A stretch of DNA of 64,000 nucleotides, taken from Kiritimatiellia bacterium (GTDB lineage Bacteria > Verrucomicrobiota > Kiritimatiellia > RFP12 > UBA1067). The position numbers and the translations under genes are program-made. The stretch's first letter is position 1; each line of letters opens with the position of its first letter. The stretch lies in the NCBI GenBank assembly GCA_018384485.1, contig JAHBAE010000064.1, forward strand, positions 2,015 through 66,014, written 5' to 3'. Under the pieces are notes generated by a model. It saw only the letters and a list, made by a program, of their open reading frames with translations. It did not search any database and had not been told where the DNA came from. This document shows positions 1-8,657 of the stretch, in pieces.

Positions 1-396
1 AAGGAGCTTCTTGCCGATACTGCCTCGCAGGGCTCAGGAAGCTCGATGCTGAAAAAAGAGTTTTCATCGCTTTCAGGCTTCGGCTACACGGCGCAGGATT
101 GGTTCGGCGATGATTCTGCCGTTGCGAACGGGCCGCTTGTAAAGCTGCTTGACGATGTGCGCAATCATGGAAGGCAGGGGCTTTCCGTCTACCGCTTCAA
201 GGGCCTTGGTGAAATGGACGCGGCGGAGCTTTATGATACAACGATGAATCCTGAAAAACGCAGGATGCTCCGCGTTAAACTTGATGATGCCGTTAAGGCC
301 GACCAGATGTTCACGCTTCTTATGGGCGATGAAGTCGAGCCGCGCCGCAAATTCATCGAGGACAACGCTCTAAATGTCCGCAACCTTGATTTCTAA
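1..396 (+). CDS. gyrB: DNA gyrase subunit B, C-terminal end (5' part outside window)
   Basis: Frame 1 is open from nt 1. The tail [68 protein letters not shown] matches the conserved GyrB C-terminus. Confidence 0.9.
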   Translation, partial: KELLADTASQGSGSSMLKKEFSSLSGFGYTAQDWFGDDSAVANGPLVKLLDDVRNHGRQGLSVYRFKGLGEMDAAELYDTTMNPEKRRMLRVKLDDAVKADQMFTLLMGDEVEPRRKFIEDNALNVRNLDF

Positions 397-1660
397 GGCT
401 AAAGTGGCAGCGCAAAAAGAAAATCATCCCTCTCTCGCGCTCGTCTCTCTCGGGTGCGCCAAGAATGCCGCCGATCTTGAGGTGATCGCAGGGAACATGG
501 TCAAGGAAGGGTGGGTTCTCTCTCCAGATCCTGACCGCGCCGATTTAGTCATCGTAAACACCTGCTCCTTTATCGCATCGGCGCGTGAAGAGGCTGAGGC
601 GGAAATCCGCCGTGCGCTCGCGCTTAAAAAAAATGGCGCGTTCTCCCGCGTGGCAGTTACGGGGTGCTATCCTCAGCGCTATCCAGATGCGGTAAGCAAA
701 TTTCCTGGCGTCGACGAATGGAGGGGAATTCCGAAAAAGTGGGTCGAGCCTCAGTTGCCGGCGCTTCGCTTCACGGGCAAGGCATTCGCTTATTTAAAAA
801 TTGCGGAAGGGTGCAACCACCGTTGCTCTTACTGCGCGATCCCTTCCATCCGCGGCAAATATCGTTCGCGCCCCATAGATTCAATTCTTCGCGAGGCGCA
901 GGCGCTTATTCAGACTGGTTGCCGCGAGATCAATATTGTCGCGCAAGATCCGATGCTGTGGAAGAATTCAGGCTATCGGCTCGTTGATTTGCTGGAGGCG
1001 ATCGATTCCATCAAGGGCGATTTCTGGGTAAGAGTTCTTTACAGTTATCCTTCGGAAATAGATTCCGCCTTTCTCGACTGGATGGTCTCGTCGCCTCATG
1101 CCGTCAAGTATATTGATATGCCGGTCCAGCATACTGTTGCGGAAGTTCTTGAGCGGATGAACCGCGCCGCAACGATCGAAGCTGCAGTTCTCCTTCCTGA
1201 CGTAATCCGTTCTCTCGTTCCGGGCGTCACGCTGCGCACAACGGTGCTTACCGGCTTCCCGGGAGAGACTCCGCTCAGGTTTAAGAAATTGCTCTCTGAT
1301 TTAAGACGCCTGCAGTTCGATCATCTTGGGGCGTTTGCGTATTCTCCCGAAAAGGGAACGGCGGGCGCAACGATGGCTTCTCGCCCGTCGAAAGAAGTGG
1401 CGCTTGAGCGCGAGAAGCTTGTCATGGAGCAGCAGAAGGCAATTTGGGAATGCCGCTCCAAAAAGATGATAGGGTCGAAGTTCAAGGCGCTCGTTGTCGC
1501 GCCTGGAGTTGCGAGGATGGAATCGCAGGCCCCCGATGTCGATGGCGTTACTTTAGTAAAAGACGCTCTCGCAGAGGATATCGGCTCGTTTATTGATGTG
1601 AAGATAGTCAAGCGTAAAGGCTTTGATTTTATCGGCGAGAAAGCGGTGCGCGGCAAATGA
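374..1660 (+). CDS. rimO: Ribosomal protein S12 methylthiotransferase (MiaB/RimO family)
   Basis: MTTase N-domain ([23 protein letters not shown]), radical-SAM CxxxCxxC ([13 protein letters not shown]) and a C-terminal TRAM-like end. ATG 374 overlaps the gyrB stop; in-frame GTG 404 with AAGG upstream is an alternative start. Confidence 0.88.
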   Translation: MSATLISKAKVAAQKENHPSLALVSLGCAKNAADLEVIAGNMVKEGWVLSPDPDRADLVIVNTCSFIASAREEAEAEIRRALALKKNGAFSRVAVTGCYPQRYPDAVSKFPGVDEWRGIPKKWVEPQLPALRFTGKAFAYLKIAEGCNHRCSYCAIPSIRGKYRSRPIDSILREAQALIQTGCREINIVAQDPMLWKNSGYRLVDLLEAIDSIKGDFWVRVLYSYPSEIDSAFLDWMVSSPHAVKYIDMPVQHTVAEVLERMNRAATIEAAVLLPDVIRSLVPGVTLRTTVLTGFPGETPLRFKKLLSDLRRLQFDHLGAFAYSPEKGTAGATMASRPSKEVALEREKLVMEQQKAIWECRSKKMIGSKFKALVVAPGVARMESQAPDVDGVTLVKDALAEDIGSFIDVKIVKRKGFDFIGEKAVRGK

Positions 1661-2268
1661 GCGCGAGCGATTCCTATCCGCTCGTCGAGATATTTGAGTC
1701 TCTTCAAGGTGAAGGGCGCAATACAGGCCGCCCTTGCGTGTTCGTGCGCTTTGCAGGCTGCAACCTCGCCTGCCCGTGGTGCGATACTGATTCAGCTGAA
1801 AAATTCAAGCTAACGCTTGAAGAATTAGTCGGCGAGATTACGTCTTTTCGTGCAAAGAGCGTTGTCTTTACGGGCGGAGAGCCTACGACAATCGCCGGGA
1901 TGGCGGAGCTTGTTGCCGCACTGAAGGAGAAGGGCTATTATCTCGCAGTTGAGACAAACGGCTTGAAGAGCCCCGACTGGCTCGCTTTTGTAGATTACGT
2001 AGCTTGCTCGCCGAAGGCGGAATTTGCCTCTCTTTATGATGAGGCCGATGCTCTCCGCGAGGCTGATGAGGTGAGAGTTGTCGCTTCATCAGAGAGCGTC
2101 GTAGAATTCTGTCGCTCAATCGCCAAGAAAATTTCCGCCACTGATTATTATGTTTCGCCGTGCGATCGCGGCGGAGAAATTGACTTTGCCACCGCGAAAT
2201 CCGTTCTTGCGGCGCTTGAAGGCTGGTCGCTTTCGGTGCAGCTGCACAAGATTCTCGGCTTTAGGTGA
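1657..2268 (+). CDS. queE: 7-carboxy-7-deazaguanine synthase
   Basis: ATGA overlap with the rimO stop. IFESLQGEGRNTGRPCVFVRFAGCNLACPWCDT gives the QueE N-terminal motif plus a radical-SAM Cys triad. Confidence 0.87.
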   Translation: MSASDSYPLVEIFESLQGEGRNTGRPCVFVRFAGCNLACPWCDTDSAEKFKLTLEELVGEITSFRAKSVVFTGGEPTTIAGMAELVAALKEKGYYLAVETNGLKSPDWLAFVDYVACSPKAEFASLYDEADALREADEVRVVASSESVVEFCRSIAKKISATDYYVSPCDRGGEIDFATAKSVLAALEGWSLSVQLHKILGFR

Positions 2269-2366
2269 TATTTTAGATTTTTTCGGAGCGTTTTGCCGCT
2301 TTCCCGGAATCCCTAAAACGGCAGATTTTCAGAATGTGGATTATCTTCTGCATTGATGATTGGCGG

Positions 2367-2395
2367 TTGATAAAATCAGGAAATAAAGGTATAAT
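2367..2395 (+). promoter_or_regulatory. Sigma70-type promoter TTGATA-17 nt-TATAAT for the sugar operon
   Basis: TTGATA at 2367-2372, a 17-nt spacer and TATAAT at 2390-2395. It lies in a 171-nt intergenic gap; AAGGAG at 2426-2431 precedes ATG 2440. Confidence 0.6.
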
Positions 2396-2439
2396 TCACG
2401 GAAGTAAAATCAAATAAACTTCAATAAGGAGATTTAATC

Positions 2440-3843
2440 ATGGCTTGTTCATGCGGGAAGAAAGGTTGCAACTGCGCCGACAATGATTTTCATGCGCCTA
2501 TGGCTGCGCTTTGGCAGGTCTATGATGGCATAACCTCAACGTCTTCGGCTGATATCGTTTCCATCGCCTGGGAGCGTGAAGAGGGCAAAGTGTTCAGGTA
2601 TGATCTTCCTATTCCTAAGCGTCTCTCTCCTGAGGCCGCCGCGTTCGTTTCGCATGTTGTCGACCGCATAACGAAGTTTGTCCTTTGGGCGGCAGGCGGC
2701 TGGAAGCTTTACCTCTCTGGTCCTGAAGCAGTTGTAGGGCCTGTAGCAAAGGCTTACACAAAGAAGGGCTCTCGCAAGTTCGATTACGATTTCTTCACCT
2801 CGATCTACGGCCACCCGGTTGAAGTTGCAATCGTGCCCGCCAAGAAGATGCCTGAGTTTTCGGAAAAGCTCCGTCAGGTGAAGACTGTTGCAGACGGCAA
2901 CCGTATCGGTTTCGATCTTGGCGCGTCAGATTTCAAGATTTCTGCGCTCAAGAAAGGGAAAGTCGTTTTCTCGAAGGAGTTTCCTTGGGATCCTCGCAAT
3001 AATGCAGACCCTGAGTATCACTATTCGATGCTTACCGTAGGCCTTAAGGAAGCGGCTGCCTCTTTGCCCAAGGTCGATGCGATCGGCGGCTCCACGGCCG
3101 GCGTGCTTGTCGGTCAGAAAATGGGCCTTGCTTCGCTCTTCCGCGCCGTCAAGGAAAAGAACCCCTCTAAATTCCCTGATGCGCAGAATATGTTCTACCG
3201 CATTGAAAAGGATTGGGGCGTTCCCTTCGCCGTCTACAACGATGGCGACGTTACTGCTCTTGCCGGCATGATTTCCATGGGCAAGAACGGCATTCTCGGC
3301 GTTGCGATGGGCTCCTCCGAAGCAGTCGGTTATGTTGATCCGAAGCGCCGCATGACAGGGCGCATCTGCGAGCTTGCGTTCGCTCCTGTAGACTTCAACC
3401 CCAACGCCCCCAAGGACGAGTGGTCTGGCGATTACGGCGTCGGCGCGATGGCATTCTCCCAGCAGGCCGTCAACTGGCTTGCGGAGAAGTACGGCTTTAA
3501 GTTCCCCAAGTCAATGAAGCTTCCTGAGCGTCTTAAAGTCGTTCAGGCGGCTATGGAGAAGGGCGACTCCAAGGCTCTTAAGGTCTATCTTGAGATCGGC
3601 CGCTTCCTCGCGCACGCGATGCCTTGGTACAACGAGTTCTTCGATTACGAGAACATGATGATTCTCGGCCGCGTCACGTCTGGTCTTGGCGGTGAAATCA
3701 TCCTTGAAACGGCCAAGCGTATTCTTGGCGATGTCTATCCTGAATGGGCGGAGAAGATCGATCTGTTTATGCCTGATGAAAAGGCTCGCAGGCTCGGTCA
3801 GTCCGTCGCTGCTGCGCAGATTCCTGTAATCAAGGGCAAGTAA
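2440..3843 (+). CDS. ROK/ASKHA-type sugar kinase-like protein with an unrecognised ~150-aa Cys-rich N-terminal extension
   Basis: The C-terminal ~320 aa carry ASKHA phosphate/adenosine motifs (RIGFDLGASDFK, AIGGSTAG, YNDGDVTALAG, GVAMGSSEAVG). The N-terminus is MACSCGKKGCNCADND. Confidence 0.6.
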   Translation: MACSCGKKGCNCADNDFHAPMAALWQVYDGITSTSSADIVSIAWEREEGKVFRYDLPIPKRLSPEAAAFVSHVVDRITKFVLWAAGGWKLYLSGPEAVVGPVAKAYTKKGSRKFDYDFFTSIYGHPVEVAIVPAKKMPEFSEKLRQVKTVADGNRIGFDLGASDFKISALKKGKVVFSKEFPWDPRNNADPEYHYSMLTVGLKEAAASLPKVDAIGGSTAGVLVGQKMGLASLFRAVKEKNPSKFPDAQNMFYRIEKDWGVPFAVYNDGDVTALAGMISMGKNGILGVAMGSSEAVGYVDPKRRMTGRICELAFAPVDFNPNAPKDEWSGDYGVGAMAFSQQAVNWLAEKYGFKFPKSMKLPERLKVVQAAMEKGDSKALKVYLEIGRFLAHAMPWYNEFFDYENMMILGRVTSGLGGEIILETAKRILGDVYPEWAEKIDLFMPDEKARRLGQSVAAAQIPVIKGK

Positions 3844-3844
3844 T

Positions 3845-4405
3845 TTGATGGTTGTTCAGGATACTGAAATCCCCGGCGTCAAGGTGGTGTTTCCCCAGTA
3901 CCACCGGGACGCAAGGGGATATTTTGCTGAAACCTATAATTATGAGCGCTATTTAGCGGCGGGCATCGACGCTCGGTTTGTCCAAGACAACGAGAGTTGC
4001 TCGTCACGCGGAGTGCTGCGCGGGCTACATTGGCAGAGCGGAGCGCATGCGCAAGCTAAACTCGTGCGCGTAGTGAGGGGAGCAGTCTGGGATGTCGCGG
4101 TTGACATAAGAAAAGGCTCGCCCACGTTCGGCAAATCGGTAAGTTGCGAACTTACCGCCGAGAATGGGCGGCAGTTTTTTATCCCGCGCGGGTTTGCACA
4201 CGGTTTCGTGGTGCTTGAGGATAACACCATTTTCGCTTACAAGTGCGACAACGTATATTGTCGCGAGGCTGAAAGAGGCCTTCAATTCAACGATCCCGCC
4301 CTTGGCATCGAATGGCCGTGGCCGGGCAGGGATTTTCTGCTTTCAGATAAAGATAAACAACATCCGATGTTGAAAGACATCGAACCATGGGAGGAAATAC
4401 AATGA
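3845..4405 (+). CDS. rfbC: dTDP-4-dehydrorhamnose 3,5-epimerase (RmlC cupin)
   Basis: FVQDNES..RGVLRGLHWQ, AQAKLVRVVRGAVWDVAVDIRKGSPTFGK, FIPRGFAHGF and FAYKCDNVY are colinear with E. coli RmlC, including the catalytic His and Tyr positions. Confidence 0.87.
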   Translation: MMVVQDTEIPGVKVVFPQYHRDARGYFAETYNYERYLAAGIDARFVQDNESCSSRGVLRGLHWQSGAHAQAKLVRVVRGAVWDVAVDIRKGSPTFGKSVSCELTAENGRQFFIPRGFAHGFVVLEDNTIFAYKCDNVYCREAERGLQFNDPALGIEWPWPGRDFLLSDKDKQHPMLKDIEPWEEIQ

Positions 4406-6183
4406 CGGTAAAAGGATACGCAAAATTCCTGCTCATCATGGCAGGCCTCGGCGGCCTCCTCTACGGAGTTGACGTAGGCGTTATAGCCGCGGCGCTTCCG
4501 TATATTGAGCGGACATCTACATTCAATCAGGATGAAATCGGCTGGATCGTCGGTATGGCGCTTTGGGGCTCGCTTCCCTCATCGATGATCGCAGGCCTTC
4601 TCGCTGAGTGGTTCGGCCGCAAGAAAATGATCGTCGCCTCGGCGCTTCTCTTCCTTATCTCCATTCCGGTCATTTGTGCGTCGGGCTTCTTCGACGGCGG
4701 AAACTTCTGGATGATGGTGGGAGGGCGCGCCATGCAGGGCGCGGCGGCGGGTCTCTTCGGAGTTATCGTTCCGATGTATCTTGCCGAGTGTCTCGACGCC
4801 GATTCGCGCGGCAAGGGCACGGGCATGTTCCAGCTGCTCCTCACGATCGGGCTTGTTTTCGTCGCGGTGATCGGCTTTATCATCACCTGTTTCTACGGTG
4901 ATGCAAAGAAGGTAGTCGATCCCAAGGCGGTCGAGAACGGAATCATCGAGTATGTCCAGAAAGTCGATGAGAACCGTAACCCCGTGTGGGCTGACGAGAA
5001 GGAGACGGTCCCCGTCTACGAGATGGACGAGCAGGGGCAGCCCAAGCCGAAACTCGACAAGGACGGCAAGAAAATCGCCAACATGAAGAAGGTTACGTTC
5101 GATATGATCAAGAGTTGGGTCGAGCCTGTGCAAATCGCTTCTTGGGTGCGCGCCTGGCAGATGATCTTCCTCCTCTCGTGCATCCCCGGGCTCATCCTCT
5201 TCATCGGCGCGTTCCGCCTCAAGGAGTCTTCGCGCTGGCTCTACAGGAAGAGCATTAAGTTTGCTGAAGAGGCAAAAGAGTTATTTAAGAAAGCAGAAAG
5301 TATTGGTAAATTTTTCGGCGACGATTCTTTTGTTGCACAAGCGGAAGCTTGTAGACTAGAGAAGAAGTCTAAAGAGTATCGTGAGTTGGCGGTCCTTTCG
5401 CTGGCAGGGAACAATGGTATTGACAAATCCTTTGAAATTTACTCTGAGATGCTTGCCGCCGACGAGGCCGCGGCCGCCGAAAAGGCGAAGAACGCCGCCG
5501 CGACGGATTCGCTCTTCCAGAAGAAGTACGTAATTCCCTTCATTCTCGCGGTCGTGATTCTTGCCTGCAACCAGACGACGGGCATTAACTCCGTTCTCAA
5601 CTACACGGTGACGATCTTCCAGAAGACGGGTATGGAAGGCGCTTTCGCGAACCTTTCCGACGTCGCCATCAAGATTGTCAACTGCGTGATGACGGTCGTC
5701 GCCTGCGCGCTTGTGGACAAGAGGGGCCGCAAGTTCCTTCTCAAGCTCGGCACGAGCGGCATCATCCTCGGGCTCTGCGGCGTCGGCACGATCTTCCTCG
5801 CGATCTCGAAGGGGTGGGTCGCTCCGACGATGGTGACTGGCGTTCTTGCGACGGTCTTCTTCTTCATGTTCATCGGCTTCTACGCGGTCGGCCCCGGCGT
5901 CTGCGTGTGGCTTGCTCTCACCGAGCTTATGCCTACGCGCATCCGCGCCAACGGCATGGCGATCGCGATGATCATCAACCAGGGCGTCTCCGCCGGTATT
6001 GCGACCGTCTTCCCGAAGTGGTGCGCGGCGACGAACGACAACGGTACGGTATTCTTCGTGCTTGCGGGCTTTACCGTCATTTACTTCATCACGGCGGCGT
6101 TCTTCCTCCCTGAGACAAAGGGCCGCACGCTTGAAGAGGTTGAGCAGTACTTCACCACGGGCAAGATGCCTGAGAAGAAGTAA
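4402..6183 (+). CDS. MFS sugar-porter family transporter with enlarged loops
   Basis: Signatures are GRKK after TM2, KESSRWLY (PESPRWL-like) after TM6 and a C-terminal PETKGRTLEEVEQYF. I moved the start to ATG 4402 (GGGAGGA 6 nt upstream, ATGA overlap with the rmlC stop). Confidence 0.85.
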   Translation: MTVKGYAKFLLIMAGLGGLLYGVDVGVIAAALPYIERTSTFNQDEIGWIVGMALWGSLPSSMIAGLLAEWFGRKKMIVASALLFLISIPVICASGFFDGGNFWMMVGGRAMQGAAAGLFGVIVPMYLAECLDADSRGKGTGMFQLLLTIGLVFVAVIGFIITCFYGDAKKVVDPKAVENGIIEYVQKVDENRNPVWADEKETVPVYEMDEQGQPKPKLDKDGKKIANMKKVTFDMIKSWVEPVQIASWVRAWQMIFLLSCIPGLILFIGAFRLKESSRWLYRKSIKFAEEAKELFKKAESIGKFFGDDSFVAQAEACRLEKKSKEYRELAVLSLAGNNGIDKSFEIYSEMLAADEAAAAEKAKNAAATDSLFQKKYVIPFILAVVILACNQTTGINSVLNYTVTIFQKTGMEGAFANLSDVAIKIVNCVMTVVACALVDKRGRKFLLKLGTSGIILGLCGVGTIFLAISKGWVAPTMVTGVLATVFFFMFIGFYAVGPGVCVWLALTELMPTRIRANGMAIAMIINQGVSAGIATVFPKWCAATNDNGTVFFVLAGFTVIYFITAAFFLPETKGRTLEEVEQYFTTGKMPEKK

Positions 6184-6221
6184 TAGTCAGTTTTATAAAT
6201 AAAAACTCATAGGAGAAGACA

Positions 6222-7460
6222 ATGAGCTACAATGAAGCAAAGAAAAAGTATGCGAAGATAGGCATCGATACGGAGAAGGCCATCAAAGATCTGGCGAAGA
6301 TCGCCATCTCTATGCATTGCTGGCAGGGTGATGATGTCGGAGGCTTTGAAACGACTGGCGGAGCGTCCGGCGGCATTCAGACGACAGGCAATTATCCTGG
6401 TAAGGCCCGCACCCCTGAAGAGCTGATGGGCGACATTGAGTTTGCTCTCAAGCTTATCCCGGGCTCTCACCGCGTCAATCTTCATGCCTGCTACGGCGTG
6501 CATACCGACAAGGTTGTCGACCGCAACAAGCTTGGGCCGAAGCAGTTTGAGCCGTGGGTAAAGTGGGCGAAGAAAGTCGGCGTAAAGCTTGACTTCAACC
6601 CCACCTTCTTCTCGCATCCTCTTGCTGCCGATTCTCTCACGCTTTCGAATCCCGATCCTTCGGTTCGCAAGTTCTGGGTTGAGCACGGCATCCGCTGCCT
6701 TGAGATTGCCGAGTATTTCGCAAAGGAGCTTAAGTCTCCCTGCTGCGTCAATTTCTGGTGTCCTGATGGGTGCAAGGACGAGCCTTCCGACAGGCTCGGG
6801 CCGCGCCAGCGCATGGCAGATTCTCTCAACAAGATCTTCAAGGCGCGCTACAACAAGAAGGCCGTCATCCCCACTCTCGAGTCTAAGCTTTTCGGCATCG
6901 GGCTTGAAAGCTACACCGTAAATTCGCACGAGTTCGTTATGGGCTATGCGATGAAAGCGGGCATTCTCGCGCTTCTTGATATGGGCCACTTCCATATCTC
7001 CGAGTCGGTAGCGGATAAGATCAGCTCCTTCCTCTACACCTTCGGCAAAGTCGCCTTCCACATCTCGCGCCCCGTGCGCTGGGATTCTGATCATGTCATC
7101 AGGCAGAATGACGACCTCAGAGCCGCCGCGCAGGAAATCGTGAAGATGGATCCTTCGAATTTCATCATCGCGCTCGATTACTTCGACGCCTCCATCAACC
7201 GCGTCGCGGCGTGGGTGCTCGGCATGCGCAATATGCAGAAGGAGCTTCTCAAGGCAATGCTTGTGCCTTGGAATTCTCTTAAGGCCATGCAGGATGCGCA
7301 GGAGTTTACGGTGCAGCTCGTCCTTCAGGAAGAATACAAGAATTATCCTTTTGAGGAGGTCTGGGCTGAGTTCTGCCGCCGCGCCGGCGTCCCCGCCGAC
7401 GAGGCGTGGCTCAAGACTGTTCAGAAATACGAAAAGGACGTTCTTCTCAAGCGAGTCTAA
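6222..7460 (+). CDS. rhaA: L-rhamnose isomerase
   Basis: ISMHCWQGDDVGGFE, GGIQTTGNYPGKAR, ESKLFGIGLESYTV, HISRPVRWDSDHV and DYFDASINRVAAWV are colinear with E. coli RhaA. SD AGGAGA lies upstream. Confidence 0.9.
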   Translation: MSYNEAKKKYAKIGIDTEKAIKDLAKIAISMHCWQGDDVGGFETTGGASGGIQTTGNYPGKARTPEELMGDIEFALKLIPGSHRVNLHACYGVHTDKVVDRNKLGPKQFEPWVKWAKKVGVKLDFNPTFFSHPLAADSLTLSNPDPSVRKFWVEHGIRCLEIAEYFAKELKSPCCVNFWCPDGCKDEPSDRLGPRQRMADSLNKIFKARYNKKAVIPTLESKLFGIGLESYTVNSHEFVMGYAMKAGILALLDMGHFHISESVADKISSFLYTFGKVAFHISRPVRWDSDHVIRQNDDLRAAAQEIVKMDPSNFIIALDYFDASINRVAAWVLGMRNMQKELLKAMLVPWNSLKAMQDAQEFTVQLVLQEEYKNYPFEEVWAEFCRRAGVPADEAWLKTVQKYEKDVLLKRV

Positions 7461-7478
7461 TCGTCAGGAACACGTAAT

Positions 7479-8657
7479 ATGAAACAAGGCTGGAGATGGT
7501 ATGGCGACGCCGACGCGATTTCTCTAAAGGAAATCCGTCAGGCGGGCGTTACTGATATTGTAGCTGCCCTCTACGAGCGCAAGCCCGGGGAAGTTTGGCC
7601 AATCAAGGAAATCAAGGCGCGTCAGAAGAAGGTGCGCGAGCACGGCATGACATGGAGCGTTGTGGAATCGGTGCCTGTCCATGAGGATATCAAAAAGCGC
7701 ACCGGTGACTATAGGCGTTACATCGAAAATTACAAGCGCACTCTCATAAATCTCGCCAAGTGCGGGATTAAAACGGTGTGCTATAATTTCATGCCAATCC
7801 TTGACTGGACGCGCAGCGATCTTGAGTATGTCCTTCCGGACGGATCTTCCTGCCTCGGCTACGACGAGTATGAAGTCGCCGCGTTCGATCTCTTTTCGCT
7901 CAAGCGCCCTGGCGCAGAGAAGGATTTCGATGCCAAGACGATCGCCCGCGCAAAGAAGCTTTGGGCTAAATATTCGCCGGCGAGAAGAAAGCGCGTTGAG
8001 AAGTCTATCTTGACTGGTCTCCCCGGAACGGTTGACGATTTGACCCCGGCTGAATTTCTCCGCCAGCTCAAGGCGTACGATGGAATTGACGACGCCAAGC
8101 TCAGGAGCAACATGTATGCGTTTCTGAACGAGATTTCTCCCGTTCTCGACGAATACGGAGTTGATATGTGCATTCACCCGGATGATCCCCCTCATCCGAT
8201 ATTCGGCTTGCCGCGCGTTCTTTCCACGGCCGCCGACATTCGTCAGATGGTTCGCGCATGCCCCTCGCCGCATATCGGCCTTACGCTTTGCACCGGCTCT
8301 CTCGGCGGCTCTCTCAAGAATGACGAAGTGGCGATTTTCAAGGAGTTTGCCAAGCGCATCTTCTTCTGCCATTACAGGAATCTTGAATACGAAGAGGACG
8401 GAGTGTTCCATGAATCTCGCTGTCACCTTGTGGGTAAGGCCGATATTCCGTCTCTCATGATTGAGCTGATCAAGGAGGAGAAGCGTCGCGGTGAAGAGAT
8501 TGTTGTCAGGCCTGACCACGGAAAGCTCATGGAAATTGATAAGAACCGCAAATGTTATTGCGGCTATTCCTACGGCGGCCGCCTTGTTGGCCTTGCGGAA
8601 TTAAGGGGCCTTGAAATCGGAATAAAATACATGCTTAAAAAGAAAGGAACGAAATGA
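7479..8657 (+). CDS. uxuA: D-mannonate dehydratase
   Basis: MKQGWRWYGDADAISLKEIRQAG, WSVVESVPVHEDIK and CYNFMPILDWTRSDLEYVLPDGS match E. coli UxuA motif for motif. Confidence 0.92.
   Translation: MKQGWRWYGDADAISLKEIRQAGVTDIVAALYERKPGEVWPIKEIKARQKKVREHGMTWSVVESVPVHEDIKKRTGDYRRYIENYKRTLINLAKCGIKTVCYNFMPILDWTRSDLEYVLPDGSSCLGYDEYEVAAFDLFSLKRPGAEKDFDAKTIARAKKLWAKYSPARRKRVEKSILTGLPGTVDDLTPAEFLRQLKAYDGIDDAKLRSNMYAFLNEISPVLDEYGVDMCIHPDDPPHPIFGLPRVLSTAADIRQMVRACPSPHIGLTLCTGSLGGSLKNDEVAIFKEFAKRIFFCHYRNLEYEEDGVFHESRCHLVGKADIPSLMIELIKEEKRRGEEIVVRPDHGKLMEIDKNRKCYCGYSYGGRLVGLAELRGLEIGIKYMLKKKGTK

Noticed and set aside
664-5133. Alternative-frame + and - strand ORFs inside rimO, the ROK-like gene, rmlC and the MFS gene (for example 664-987, 2536-2814, 4579-5133)
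   Set aside because: They are fully nested in genes with strong family motifs. Their Arg/Ser/Pro-rich translations are typical of out-of-frame reads of moderately GC-rich DNA.
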